Shown: positions 36,698 to 50,267, counted from the first letter of the whole stretch. The stretch is DNA of 61,436 nt, filler included, from Choristocarpus tenellus KU-1152 (GCA_964200185.2; 12 parts of 12 records of this genome joined end to end with filler, not necessarily neighbours in it), one strand, 5' to 3'. A program made the numbers and translations. The notes: generated from the sequence alone by a model not told the origin.

Positions 36698-37960
36698 TCA
36701 CCTCATAAAACTTAACAGCTTTCTCGTAGAGGCGAAGTATTTTTCGGTGAGCCTCCATTCCCCAGAATCCAACCCGAAGCATTCCAGGCCATTGACACGG
36801 TCCGAGCAACAGTCCTTCACGGAATTGGAGGACCACGAAGAGGTTTCCCTGTGGAGCTGGGCTACACAGAATCCCACCTCTCCCACAAGGCCTATTATCA
36901 ACGATTTTGTCACTAGGCCGGACTCATGTCTTGGTAGTTTCTCCAATTGGTGGTGAAGGAAGGATGGATCGATTCGGATCATCATTTAGTAGTGCCATCG
37001 ACGATGATGTGATGTCATTGCGACAACCATCGAAAGTAATGTGTGGGCACCCAAAACGCTCCATGCGAGAGATGCCACAAAGAGGGATTCTCGACTCTGA
37101 AACGGGTAAAGGGGATGGATCGAGTACGGTTTCCCATCGAGTTCAATGGTCAAGCCATGCGCCCCGTAGCACATTTCCCCCCTTGACAACAACAACCGCA
37201 CACCTGAGTCCTTAAATTGAGTCCATAGCCAGTGCGAGCTAACTGAAGGCCTTGACTCCGATAGGTCACGACTGAGCATGCAGGAACAAGTTTGACTGGC
37301 AACCAACTCAAATCCTTCGCCGTCGTTTACCATACACCAACTATGGTACCCTTCACCTCACTCTCCCTATCAACGTGATCAGTTCCTGAATGCAATTTTT
37401 TTTCGAGGTGAAAACATGTTGATCAGGTCTATTCAGTCACTGCCTTTGGGACACTAATATAACCGTAGATTGAACCCATCCACTCACAGTAGTAGTACAC
37501 ATCTCATGTCGACCAGGTCATCCACCAACAAGACACGCCGTGTATCCAGGAACTATTTAATACTCTGTGCATAATACTCTGGGGCAAAGGGTGTCAACGA
37601 CGGGGGAGACTTCTTCATTTCACTCAGGTCCTGACGTGATATACCGTAAGGCATAAAGCTTGCACAAGGATGGAAATAAAGAATGGTCTTCTTCTGGTAA
37701 TAATAGTAAGGAGATTTAGTAAGAGGAGAGAGTAGTACAATGCTACCGTAAACATAGACCTTGCTCCACTACGAGTCGAGAGTTCATAGGAACTCTTTAC
37801 AGAGATTTTCCTTCAGTGAAACGATCCATCGGATATTCAGTTTCTTCTACTACGAGACTCAACTCACCAGAAGTGAGTATCGATGGTGTCCTCACTCTTG
37901 ACAGGGACAATAATATGGATCTCCGCAGTCTTTTCAGCAGTCACACGCTCTCTGAGGGTC
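36698..37960 (-). pseudogene. Decayed intron-containing gene of unknown type
   Basis: ORFs 37333-36986 and 36985-36698 form one frame broken by a single TAA. Upstream exon-like blocks (VTLRERVTAEKTAEIHIIVPVKSEDTIDTHF|gtgagt; KKTILYFHPCASFMPYG...) contain stops. Confidence 0.35.
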
Positions 37961-38290
37961 ACTTAAGACCACAGCACACTACTTACATTTGTGTACTTCA
38001 ATTGACGCGATGGTCAAGGAAGTGTACGACGAGTAGACAAAGTTATTTCTATTTGATATGAAACTATCTCGAAGGAACGCGTATTTGATTGATGAGGATT
38101 CATTTCCTTAAATATGTTCAATGATATATTGTATATCTCGTATATATAATAAAGTTTATCGAAGAAAGCATACAATAAAGATCTAAAACCAAAATATTCA
38201 ACAAAGAGGTCAAATACAATAAAATATTAAACAAAGATCTATAAAACAACAAAATATTCAACAAAGAGGTCAAATACAATAAAGGGAAAG

Positions 38291-38577
38291 TTTATGAAGT
38301 AATCCGAGTTTTTTTGTGGGCGGAAGAATTCTGGTTCGTTGGGGCACAAGGCAAGGAAGGGGGCAGTAAAGAAATAAAAGTATCAAGGAGGGAACGAAGA
38401 GTTAAAGATTAAGTGGTTAAGAAAATAGGTGGCAGACGGAGGCACAAGGGGAGAAGGAATGAACAGGATTGAATCGAAGAGAAAACCTGAGACTCAGGGA
38501 CAAGATGAGGAGGGTCAGATCAAGAGGACCCCAGAGCAAGCTTTCCTGCCCACCCGCCCTGTCGCTTGCTCACGACC
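38291..38577. repeat. Dispersed repeat (probable non-LTR element 3' region); second copy inverted at 42617-42917
   Basis: Shared TTTATGAAGTAA...TTGTGGG(C/T)GGAAGAATTCTGGTT and AGCAAGCT...CCCTGTCGCTTGCTCACGACC. Confidence 0.75.
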
Positions 38578-40635
38578 AACTTGGATCTTGGTGTGGGAGN
38601 NNNNNNNNNNNNNNNNNNNNNNNNNNNNNNNNNNNNNNNNNNNTTAATTAATTAANNNNNNNNNNNNNNNNNNNNNNNNNNNNNNNNNNNNNNNNNNNNC
38701 AGATGGGCACCTTCACCCCTGCTAAGCAAGGGTAATCCCTGATCTATGTTGCTGTTGCTGAAATAATACATGTGGGGAATAGGTGTGAGGTAGCGGGTGT
38801 AAGGGTGGAGAAGGGGAAGGGGGCATAGTGGGGTTAGGATGGGACAAAAAGGGGAAACCAGAATCTGGGCTTCATGATGGACCATCAAAAATAAAAACAA
38901 ACACATGAAGTTGAAATAGGGGTCGGGGACGGTATTCTCCGCTACTTCCTGCTGGTTCTTGAGGTATCAGACCTTAGGCTACCAAGCAAGGCATTTTCAG
39001 CTGTGTTCTGATCTCTACCTAGTTGGATCGCCTGATTTATATAACTCCAGATAAGTTTCACCATACAACAGTATGTTGCTCATGATAAGTGCCATTCTTG
39101 ACCGCACATCTGCACCGGGATCATCTGCGAAACCAAGCGGGTCTCAAGTTTATGCACATGTTGAGGGGATTAAATTTTAAAAAAATCGTCACACCTGATT
39201 ATTCTGGCCATCTCATCCCTCTCCCTCTCCGCTTGCTTGAGCGCATCATGAAGACCATTGACCACTAGCGACGAACGCCAATTGCGGCTAAGTGCCTTCA
39301 ACGCAGATGTGTCGTCCCCCTCAGTTTCCACGTCCATTGTTTTGATTCCAGGGTGTTTCCCGATGGCTGGTGGGAGGAGGAAGGGACGATCAACCGATCA
39401 GACGGCGATGCAGATTAGCTGCTGGAATGCAACATTTTTCTCTTACTGCTAGAGCACGACCGTTTGTGTTGCACGTCCGTCTGGTTTGGTTCACATACTA
39501 CACGGTTCCTATATTAAACGATACAGTCCCAACCCGGACCTAGTCAGCGATAACGCTGCCCAAGTGCAATCAACCCAATCCCACCATTGTAGCGAAAGGA
39601 GTGCATCAAGAAAATTTGCGACCAACATCGCAGCAAATACTGTGATCATTCTGCCCAAACCACGGCCATGTCCAATGCCTTTTTCTTCGTAGTGCCGATA
39701 GCATCCCATCCACTGACTGTACAAAATGTATCACCAAAATACCCAATCCGTGAAGTGTTGTCACTTATAGCCCCTTTGCTACCTGAAGGGAGAGGGTGAG
39801 TATCATCACACTGACAACTTTATTGAGGCAAGGCAAACTCTTGAACATATGTGCAATACAGATGCAAAATCAGGGTGTTCCTACCGAAGTCCTCGCCTGG
39901 TAACGTTTTCCAGCTCCAACAGGTCGCTGGGATATGTGAGAGTAACGGGCAGCTGGAGGGTCATTCGACTAGTTTCTTCTCAAAACCTAATTATGTAAGA
40001 CCTGCAAGGGCCAGCGGTGTTGGCTGGATAGCCCCTCTATTTCAGATGTATCCAAATGTCAACATACTATGCTTTCCTTGCCCTACTCCTGCTAGGAAGC
40101 AAGGGAGTCAGCTAAACACGCTGGACAAAGGATGAGGTGATTTAGGAGGATGATAATAGTTCAATATTCAGTACATCTCATTAGGCAGTTATGGATATTG
40201 TTTTTTTATCTTCATAACTTTGGAATTGTTAGTATTGCTACTTTAACATATAATTATGGATAAACTACCACTACTATATTACTATATAGAGAGAGAGATT
40301 TAGATCAAGTAATCATTCTCCTATGCCATAATTCCTGAGATCGGACCTCACCTAGTTAATCCTACTGAACCAACTAGATCAACAAATCCCAAGAACCTTG
40401 ATCTGTCCCACATATGGACAAGTCGTCTTACATGTAAGCTTGTACCCGACCTAACCATAGTCATCGAACAGCTTGTTGGTATCACCTAGAAAGGTGTCTT
40501 AGTACAGAAATTGCCAAAGAAGCTAGTAAGACATTAGTAAGACATTGCCACACAGAATGGGGAATGGATCAAGATGTGGCATTTTCAACGCGAAACAATT
40601 ACTCACTGCACCCCCCAACCCCGTCTCTCGTATTT

Positions 40636-40895
40636 GAGCCAAAGTATCTTAGAGGGTAGGGCCGCGTCCATTTGGGGCCAAAATTCAATCTTGCGATTTT
40701 GATATATTTTGGCTATCGTGTTTGTTAGGAAATGTCGATATCCTTGTTCTGGACACACCTTTGCATAACATATACATTTTACCTACTCTGAAACACTTTG
40801 GAGTAGGAAAATGTCATAATAACTTCCATAGGAAACCAAGCCCCAAATGGACAAACAGGACAAAACTCGTACCCTCTAATAAGATACTTTCACTC
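40636..40895 (+). mobile_element. MITE family A, complete copy with 4-bp TSD ATTT
   Basis: ATTT|GAGCCAAAGTATCTTAGAGGGTA...GATACTTTCACTC|ATTT. Confidence 0.88.
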
Positions 40896-41003
40896 ATTTC
40901 CTGACTTTCCAAAACCTGAAACCCAACGAAAAGAAAGGCAGAATTGCACATTTTTTATTAAGGATCCCAAGAAAGGAAAAACGATATATTTTTGTACAAT
41001 TAA

Positions 41004-41126
41004 CAGCCGATTTCAAAAATTGTATATACAATACAAAAAATATATATCGACACTTTATCCCAGTCTTATTTTGGGTCAAGCCCATCCTCAATGAAAAGCT
41101 CCATCCTCAATTTTTGAAATCGGCTG
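41004..41126. mobile_element. 123-bp MITE with perfect 19-bp TIRs flanked by TTAA
   Basis: TTAA|CAGCCGATTTCAAAAATTG ... CAATTTTTGAAATCGGCTG|TTAA. Confidence 0.85.
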
Positions 41127-41968
41127 TTAAATGCAGAAGGAGAATTTGCTGGTACACACGGTGTCACGTTTCTGTATGGAAAGGAAAAACAATTTTACGT
41201 ATACAATTGGGAACACAAGCAATGAAAAAGAGCGTATTTATTGCACAGGGTAAGAAATATGGCTTAGAATGACAAAAGGTCCAAAATGCCTACCTCTCGA
41301 TTGGTTTGGCTGAAAGGGTTTATTGTCATGGAGTGGAGGGATTTTAGCATAACTCGGAGTCGATATTAGGTATCACTGTTTGCTTAAGCAAGAAATTTAA
41401 TGAAGCTGAACGTCACTATTCAGCTACATTGTGAGATAATGTTATGCTGTCGCTACCACTATCACTCGATGGCATCTGAATGTCTAGGATAGACACTATT
41501 ATACCTGCATTGCCGAGATTATATGACATTTGTTACTTGCGTATGATGCAGCACATCAGCAACATGCCCACTTGACTGGGCTCTTGCACTTCAAGTTTAT
41601 GGTTTCACCTTCAAACGCAAGCCTAGTAAGCAAATAGTTACGCTTGACAGCCCATATCGTATTTTCAATTGAGGAACAGGAGAAATCCGTTGCTCCGATG
41701 TTGGCACCCATCTGTCGTAGTATGCCCAGTGATAATCATTCGCATACCACACATGTTCAAAAGGAAATCAGCTATCTTCTCTAACCTTGACTAAGCAACA
41801 ACTCCCCTTCAAAGTGATCGTGAACTATTAACTAGTCCCCCCACTGTCTTTCATACAGTGGACCCAGAGCAATTGTGCAGGGAGCAAGAACCTAAGTTTT
41901 AACCATATTTAAAATATTTACAGCCCCCCAGTGTCGTCCCACCACCTGACAAGGAAACGACTGCGTCA

Positions 41969-42211
41969 ATGTCGTACTTTTCCTTCGTAAATTGCTCGCT
42001 ATATCGTTCGCATTTACCAGGTCATCTTCGTAAGAGGAGCACATTCAGAGACCAGTTGGTCGTTCCTCACTCATTAGATCATCTTGCACTCCACGGTTGC
42101 CACGATCATGCATTGTCTGGAGACCACCTAGCTTCTAAATCCACATTTGCTAAGGTTACAGACTCGTATTCGTGGCCAATATTCAATATCGATATTCGCA
42201 CATTGGTGTAG
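41969..42211 (+). mobile_element. Ty3/gypsy integrase zinc-binding (H2C2) remnant, followed by a MITE A insertion
   Basis: LYRSHLPGHLRKRSTFRDQLVVP...LHGCHDHALSGDHLASKSTFAKV...YSWP....DIR matches the gypsy LxVP...HD...GH...T..K...Y.WP....D+ pattern. Confidence 0.8.
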
Positions 42212-42217
42212 TGATTT

Positions 42218-42279
42218 GAGTCAAAGTATCTTAGAGGGTAGAGCCGCGTCCATTTGGGGACCAAAATCCAATGTTGCGA
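42218..42279 (+). mobile_element. MITE family A left end, truncated by contig break
   Basis: ATTT|GAGTCAAAGTATCTTAGAGGGTAGAGCCGCGTCCATTTGGGG. Confidence 0.85.
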
Positions 42280-43803
42280 NNNNNNNNNNNNNNNNNNNNN
42301 NNNNNNNNNNNNNNNNNNNNNNNTTAATTAATTAANNNNNNNNNNNNNNNNNNNNNNNNNNNNNNNNNNNNNNNNNNNNGTGCGACCCCTTCGCCCCTGA
42401 TTTCCAGTCACCCCCCCCACCTTTCAATCCCACACAAGTTACTGCTCCCCTCAACCCTGCAGCAGTTCCCATTCCACCCACCCCACACAACTCAACACCA
42501 CTCAACAATCATCCAAGAACACCCGTTCATGATCCACTTCATACCGTGCCTTTGAGCTAGAAGACATCTACCCCACCCGAACTTGACCTCCTTCCCCCTT
42601 TCCCAGTGTTCCCATCGGTCGTGAGCAAGCGACAGGGTGGGTGCGCCAGAGAGCTTGCTTGGAGGTTGTCTTGTTCTCGCCCTTCTCGTCCTGTACCCCT
42701 GGTTTTCAGCCCTCTTATTAGATACTGATCTTTTCTTACCCATCCCTCTTCCTACCACTCATTTCCTTTAACCTTTCTCCCCCCTCTCATAGTCAGTCAT
42801 TCCTTAACTATTCGTTCTCTTCTTGCTTCCTTCTTTTTCATTCCTCTAGTCTCCCTTGTCGTGGGCCCCCAGTCAACCAGAATTCTTCCACCCACAAAAT
42901 TCAGGTTACTTCATAAAATTTTACTCTACAGTTGTTCAAAAATGGAATATTTTTGCCCTTTCGCAATATCCTTAACTTGCACCTATCCCTACCTCTCAAT
43001 TAGTTTGGCACATTCCTGGAACAAAACACTAATCATTGAACATCAATCACTCCATATATTCTATTATCGCTCCATATATCAAGTAGAGAATCAGATAGCA
43101 TGAGGAAAGGAGAACCATTATTTTTATTTTAGAATAGATTTGTTCACACTAAATAAAATAAAATAGCCTTAGGGCAAACGGTTAATTTTCTTGCGAACAT
43201 ATATAGTGTTCGAACGTGATATTGAATGAATCGTGGTCTTGTACTGTGACAGGTTGGTTGTGGTTGAAGAGGTGTGATAGTGCAATGAACCACTGGTGCA
43301 TTCGTGCTGATGAACCTTGTGAGATGCTTTGCATAGTTGGAGGTTATTTGGTGCAGTGATGTTAGGTATTCCTCCATATATTCTAGGAAGAGATTCATGC
43401 TCTGTGCAGAGGCTTGGCACCTTGTAAAGATGGGTTTTGTGGATTTTTAACGCTGAATATATTGTATTTACTTATGTGTCAAGGACTGTCTTTCTCACTC
43501 GGCTCCCTCTCTACAAAGATCCTGGTTGGTTTTCTGAAATCTTCCTCATCTTTTTGTAAGGAGTTTTCTGGGACCGCACGTGCGGTTTTGATTTTTTTTT
43601 CCTTGTTCCCCTTATATCCCCTACTTGTTATCCATTGGACTGAAGTGCTGACTATTGGTGTGGGTCTAACTATATCGTCGTTGTTAATGCCTAATTATTT
43701 TTATTATTATGCCCTCTGACATTTTTCACATGTTGTGTTCATTTATTTGCTATTTTACTACGAGCTATGCTACACCAATGCCCTCCTGTGCCTGCAACCT
43801 AGA

Positions 43804-45400
43804 TTAGTCCTGCACCCCGGTGTGAGGAGGTAGGGAAGCATCCCAAGAATGTAGCAAGTCCCTCCTTGCCCATCTCCCCGGTGGTGTCTCCAGCTTAAAA
43901 CGCATGGCACGTCTAGATAGGGCTACTTGTGCTGTGACAGAGATTATTTGTTGTAGACCGGATTTGATAGCCCCTTTCCTGCTGTAGATTTCTGCCCCTC
44001 TCCCCCCAACTGCGAGCGTAGCTAACTCATCCAGAAAACTTTCCGCATACTTAACGAGGCGCCCAAATCTTTCCACCACAAAGGTGTTGAGCTTGTAACT
44101 ACTATTGTAGTGGATGTGCTTTCGCGCCTCCGCTGCAGCAGCAGCTACACCATCGCTGGTGGATGAGTGTGGAAGGTGAGGTGCTGCCTGCACTTCTGCA
44201 AACGTAACATCTAGAAAGGGGTCCTTTTCCTGGTAGGGAGCTGATCCGGTGTCTGCAATTGCCCCAGCATGGAACACCAGATCCATGCAGAAATTCCTGT
44301 CCAATGTGAACGGGATACCATCCTCCATAGTGCAAGGGATAACCATTCCTTTGCAGAGTTGATCAAGACGCTTCACCATCAGTGTGTGTTGGCGAACCTC
44401 TCCTCCTGTCTTGGGCATTTTGCCTCCTGCACCCAGTAACTGGGCATCTGTTCGATAGGGCCTCCTCTCTCCCTAGGGATCTGCTGACAGTGAGTCTAAA
44501 CTCTCTGGGAGAGATCTGGCATGCTGGTTACAGGGGTTGTGTTGAGGCCCATGCATTTCGCCCTTGTCCACACTGGCTCCAGTGGCGTGCAAGGGCTAGC
44601 AAGGAGCTTCCTTCCTTTGTTCTGCTTTTTCAGGTAAGGCACGTAATCTCGTGTTGTGCCCTCCTTGTGATCCTGGCATCATGGGCTGCCAGAGTGTGAA
44701 CCTCTGGGGCAGGTGCGGGGGTTGATGTTCCCCCCTAGGGTACCCAGCCTTGGCCAATAATTTCGGCTAAGTCTTATTAAGGGACTCCTGTAGAGAGGAG
44801 GGTGTGGATGGATGATCTCAGGGCCCTTACTGTGGGACTCATACAGATGGTTTGTGATAAAGACTCTTCATGAGGTGCTTGTTGCCTTGCTAATAGGGTG
44901 GGGAGAGTACCTACAGCGATCCTACGAAGGCTGCATGTTGGCATGCTTCATAGAGGATAGGCCTAAACCCCCCGAACTTGTGGACATCTGTCCCTGTACT
45001 TGTTGGTATGTCTACAGGCGGCGAGACCTATTGTCACACTCCCCTTCAAAGAAGTCAGTGCCTCTCGCTGAGTCTGCTACCTTCATTATCTTCTCTAGCG
45101 TTATAGTGTGGTAATTGTCTGCTTCCTCCATGGTGGAGCGTGCTAGGTGGGGGGGAGTGACCCTTGCCAAATAGCTTAAATGGGAGGAGAGGGACCAGAA
45201 GTTGAGGAGCCAGGCCACTTATATGTCTTCCATCTTTCCGTCTCCATCATTTAGTCCCCCAAAAGGAAACGAGTGTCACATTCCCTGTGTAACACACAAA
45301 ATACTACAGTCATTGGCCAGGGAAAGGCTATATTGGGATGGCGCAGCTGAAGCTATTTCTCTTTCGCATCCACCCGTAAGGAATCTCATTTATTCTGACT
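43804..45400 (-). mobile_element. Decayed non-LTR retrotransposon with C-terminal restriction-like endonuclease (CRE-like)
   Basis: ORF 44418-43804 reads ..RQH..MDLV..FLDVTF..AAAAAEARKHIHY..FVVERFGRL..A.SFLDELA..LQQIISVTAQVALSRR, typical of an RLE tail. Upstream SHLSYLARVTPP is RT thumb-like. Confidence 0.8.
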
Positions 45401-46966
45401 CTTATCCAGCCATAGTTTGTCTGTATTGGTAGTGGTTTCAGTGGCCGAAGGAGATTGCTTCACGCTTGCACCTTCTCTTTGCCTTCATAAAAACTACTCT
45501 GAAGGCGGAGATCAATGCTACAAATTAACAACGGTTTGTGTCTTGCATTGGACTTACAGACTTGAAACATCAACTGTGACTTCATTTATTACACAACCGA
45601 TTACATCGCAGTACCTTCAAAACACAGTTTTTTATGGATGAATTGTTGCTACATCACACCATTAGTCATCATTAGAGTTAGGCCACAACTGCCATAACTG
45701 AACAAATAATCAACTTTGTAACTATTAACAAGTAATCATCAAAACAGTAGTAGCATGTCGTTCTTTTTTATCACAAGAAAAAGAGATACAATTAAGCAAA
45801 TTGCAATACTCTTTCATATATGGTGGTCTAGCCTGATAGATTGTATGGAATATAGCAAAGGTGAGCAAAGCTACGTATCATATGTCACTGTAGCATTGCA
45901 GAATGTGTCTGAGGATTCTCTTCCTCTTTTCTTGAAAAAGTAGCCCCGATCGTATCAAATAATAAAACGGTTACATTGGTGTGCCTATCTCAGCAGGACC
46001 CAGACCACAAGGTCCCTTGTCAACTCTTGTCTGGCCTAACCACACAAGCGACTCTCAGATCAAGCGAGCAAGCCTTGCCACAGTAAGGGAAAACGTGAAA
46101 CAAGACCAGTCCAGAGCACATGAAAAACAGGCCTTGACCAACCACCTTCTTACGCTCATCAAATCGACTCTTCATACACAAACTCCAGTCACAGTACTCC
46201 TTTACACAAATCTATGTAGCAGGTGCAAATGATCAAACCCTTCCGGGGAGTAACATACACTTCTGTCCAGATAACTACAACAAACACCTCCACCCCTACC
46301 ACTGCCACAGCAATTTCTTCACCCAGTCGGGCAACTACATGTCCAAATCCATCCTTCATGCATCTTTTGCAAACACAGTGCTTGTCTTCAATGCACATAA
46401 TACACAATCAGTTGTAGATCCAATTAGCACAGAGGCCAAAATCAACAGATGTTACAGGGCTAACAATCGTTCCGCTGCCTTGAACAACAGAGTGCCTACT
46501 GCTGCAAACCAATCCACATGTTGCACTACCTACGCCCAAGCATGCTCAAACTAGGGGGAGGGGATAAACACAAAGATACAAGATCAAGAAAGATGAGAGA
46601 GGTGAGTGAGTACATGTGTGTGTGTGTGTGTGTGTGACCAAGGGGGGGGGGGGGGGGGAGAAAAACGTATGAAACAGAACAAAAAAACCCAGAACAAACT
46701 GCGCGAAAACCANNNNNNNNNNNNNNNNNNNNNNNNNNNNNNNNNNNNNNNNNNNNTTAATTAATTAANNNNNNNNNNNNNNNNNNNNNNNNNNNNNNNN
46801 NNNNNNNNNNNNTTTATGTTTTTTTTGTGCATGAGTTGTGTGTTGAATGAATCCCCTCCCCGGTCACTCGCCCCCCTGTGCAATGCATTCCCTTTTCCTT
46901 CTGTTCCTACACCTTCTGAATGTAACTCCTCCCTCTCCCTTCCACTGCGTCCAAATCAAATCACTG

Positions 46967-47202
46967 CATGGTATCAACATGGTATCACTGCATGGTATCA
47001 ACATGGTATCACTGCATGGTATCACTGCATGGTATCAACATGGTATCACTGCATGGTATCAACATGGTATCACTGCATGGTATCAACATGGTATCAACAT
47101 GGTATCACTGCATGGTATCACTGCATGGTATCACTGCATGGTATCAACATGGTATCAACATGGTATCAACATGGTATCAACATGGTATCAACATGGTATC
47201 AA
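46967..47202. repeat. Perfect two-unit minisatellite: 12x CATGGTATCAA (A) and 8x CATGGTATCACTG (B)
   Basis: Parsed order ABABBABABAABBBAAAAAA; 12x11 + 8x13 = 236 bp. Confidence 0.97.
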
Positions 47203-47217
47203 CATGCCTTTTTTAAG

Positions 47218-48693
47218 GTTTGTTGATTACGTTCGATACTGTGGGGCAGTCGAGCCAAGGGTAGGTGGACGGGATGTTGACAATGAGGCCCGGTTGCTGG
47301 AGAGGACTTGGAAGGCTGGGGGGGGGGAGAAGCGGAGGCAGGGTTGCGAAGATCGTGTAAGAGGAGAGGTGGCCATGGCTGAAGCAGCAGCTGCTAGACG
47401 GACTGTGGATGAAGGGTTAGGGTTAGGGTGTGGAGGTTCGCTCTTCAATGCGGAGAGTCCCGAGGTGTGAGCAGTATTCTACTATTACTATTAACAATAC
47501 CAATATTACTATTATTGCTATCATTATTGCTCTGATTACTATTACTGCTACTATTGATTACTACAACTATTAATATTGCTATTATTACTATTGTTATTGT
47601 TGTTACTATTATTACTCACTTAGGGATCAAGCTGGAAGTATTTTTATTTTGTAACTTTGGTACAAATACTTTTTGTCAAAATGAATCTGTAACAGCAGAG
47701 GAAGAGATCCCGTATGCAAATGTATTGTCATTGGATTGGAGGAGGTAGCGGCAAGGATACACAAATCAGAAAATACCCGCAGAGGCCCACTTCACAACAA
47801 TGGCTCCCATCTCTGGGATGCTCTGGATCAATCGTTGTCCAAACCCATGGAAGTCATGGAAGCTTTAATGTCAAAAGTAAGAGAGAGATGTAATAAGTAT
47901 TTTATTTGTGGCAACTATATAATACTAACATTAATAGGTATACAGTACATAGTTAAGTACAGCAATACTCTGAGCAGTGTGTATGTTGCGGTCTGTCTAA
48001 TATATAGTATGTAATATGAAGTATGTAATATGAAGTATGTAATATGAAGTACTCAACAAGTGAGACCGAGAAATCCCAGAGGAAAATGAGGTTACTGAAG
48101 AAGCAAGGTGTATGGCGGTTGTTTGGATGAACCCTTGCTCCTTGGAGGCAGGACTCATGCCGACATCATTATAGTTACACTACTGTAAATCAGCAAAAAG
48201 AAATTTGTTTGTCCCACGCATGTATTTGGAGGGTGAACTTAAGGCTGTCGATGCACTCCTAAGAAGGGTTTCACTGATCTCCTTTCATTGGCGTCTTGAT
48301 TGCCTTGGCTGTCTCAACAACAACAACAATGACAGCAGCAGGCTTCGCGAGGTTCATTTGCACCCATGGCATCAATGCCCAAAGACGTCTTGGGTAGGCA
48401 GGGAGGTTTGGACCCCTGGGAACACCTGGAGCTTAAGGGTGCTATGAAGAAGTGTGATGGTGAGGGAGGGCAGTCAGTGATATTGCAATTATGGTTATGG
48501 TAATGGCGGTTATTGTAACAATGGTTGGTTGTAATTTTAGTGTAGGTGATGATAATAGTTGTAGCAATCGTTATTGTAGTCGTAGTTATAAATAATAATA
48601 TTAATAGTAATAGTAATAATGATGAATGTAGTAAAAGAGACAGTTACGAAATGGTTGTTGTAGTCATAGTTATTGTAATCATAGTTGTAAGTA

Positions 48694-48726
<33 letters not shown>

Positions 48727-48868
48727 ATAACAATGGATATAGCAATTAAAGAGGTAGTAGTAGTGGTTATTGTGGTAATAGTCAGAGTATTATTAGTTAG
48801 AGTAATAGTAGTTGCCTGATACTCTAGAGTAGTATGCTTTGGCAATCAAGTAACTGACAAATAGTTAC

Positions 48869-48910
<42 letters not shown>

Positions 48911-49342
48911 GTGTCCAAGTAAGAACCTTGCAGTAGTGCACACAGTAGACCACATTAACATTAACACTTAGCATAGAATTTTTTCTGCCTCTCTTAGGTA
49001 CCTTGAATCTCTTTGCAGTAATTGCTTGCGATTCTATGATCCATGCAACACAATTCTAACAACAAACTTCCATCCACAAACTGAATAATTCATGGTGGAG
49101 ATGAGCGATGTATGTAAGCATCGACCAAAATATCACCATTCCTCCGAGCCCCCTCCCCCAGCATTTCCCCCATGTCTACACAGCCTCCCGCTTTACTGCT
49201 CCACTGGTGTTCTTCTCTCCATCCTCACCCCCGGACAGTATCCATTATCTCATCTCCGATTTCTCCCTTGTCTCCAAAACAGCAATCAATTCAATAAAAC
49301 TATCAATATTAGAGTGACTACCTTACCAGTCCCCACCCCCCC

Positions 49343-49381
<39 letters not shown>

Positions 49382-50085
49382 NNNNNNNNNNATTCAAAAA
49401 AACACACAATTTTTGGGGGTCCCCCTTACCCACCCCCCCCCCCCCCCCCCTCCCAATCGATGTGTCTCACACAGTACGCAAGATCGGACGACTCACCCGA
49501 GGACAACTTTGGAAGGCAATTACAGAAATGGAACTTAGGGGCTGGAGGGCAGTTACATATGGCGTGAGCAGCAACACCTCCCTCTCCGATGATAGCCTCA
49601 AATCTTTACGTGGTGATGAGAGTGTCAGTGTAGTGGATGGGGGTGCAGATGAGGGTGGTGGGGACAAGGGGTACTTGCCAATCGGGGAAAATGTGCCTAA
49701 CCTCCCAACGCCTTTCTCCTCCTCTTCCACACTCCCACATTCTCCCAGTAGCGATCCAGCTCACCTCACCAACATAGATGCTTTGTTTGATGCGGCGGCA
49801 GCAGCAGTAGCAACTGTCGCTTCTGTCTCCTTGCCTTCGAGTAGTGCTGTAGCCAAGCCAGGGGCCAGAGCAGCAGGCTCTGGGTCGAATGAGACTAAGG
49901 CAGGGACTGTTGGAGCAGGAGGGAAAGATGGTGAAGAGGAGGAGGTGACCATTGAGGAGTTTCTTTCAAGGACTGATCTAGGATTACCAGAGATGGGCAT
50001 AGGACCACTGGAGTGGGTTAGGCTCTCAGCGGAAGAGGCTATGGGGAGGGCTCAACAGCTGTACAAGCAGGCAAGGCATGCTCAG
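47218..50085 (+). CDS. Uncharacterised protein, partial exons
   Basis: Open, G-rich exon-like blocks with splice signals at 47218-47464, ~47742-47876 and 49475-50085 (VRKIGRLTRGQLWKAITEMELRGW...IEEFLSRTDLGLPEMGIGPLEW). Phases imply a missing exon between the last two. Confidence 0.55.
48480..48820. repeat. Degenerate (AAT/AGT)n trinucleotide tract; a similar (ATT/ACT)n tract lies at 47475-47620
   Basis: Direct inspection of the sequence. Confidence 0.85.
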
Positions 50086-50212
50086 GTGATTGCTGCCTTC
50101 CAAAGGTGGTGTGCAATGTTTATTACTACAGAAGTCTTCTTACCATGAAGAAATGGATAGAAGCCCTGGAATGGTGTTGTATTTGCTGCAACTCCTCTCA
50201 AAAGCCCCCCCC

Positions 50213-50267
<55 letters not shown>

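Noticed and set aside
46816-47226. ORFs with HGITAWYQ / MVSTWYHC / HGINMVSL peptide repeats as a RiPP-like precursor
   Set aside because: The 11- and 13-bp units are not codon multiples, all three frames are open only because the units lack stops, and there is no synonymous variation or signal peptide. The array sits before a splice acceptor.
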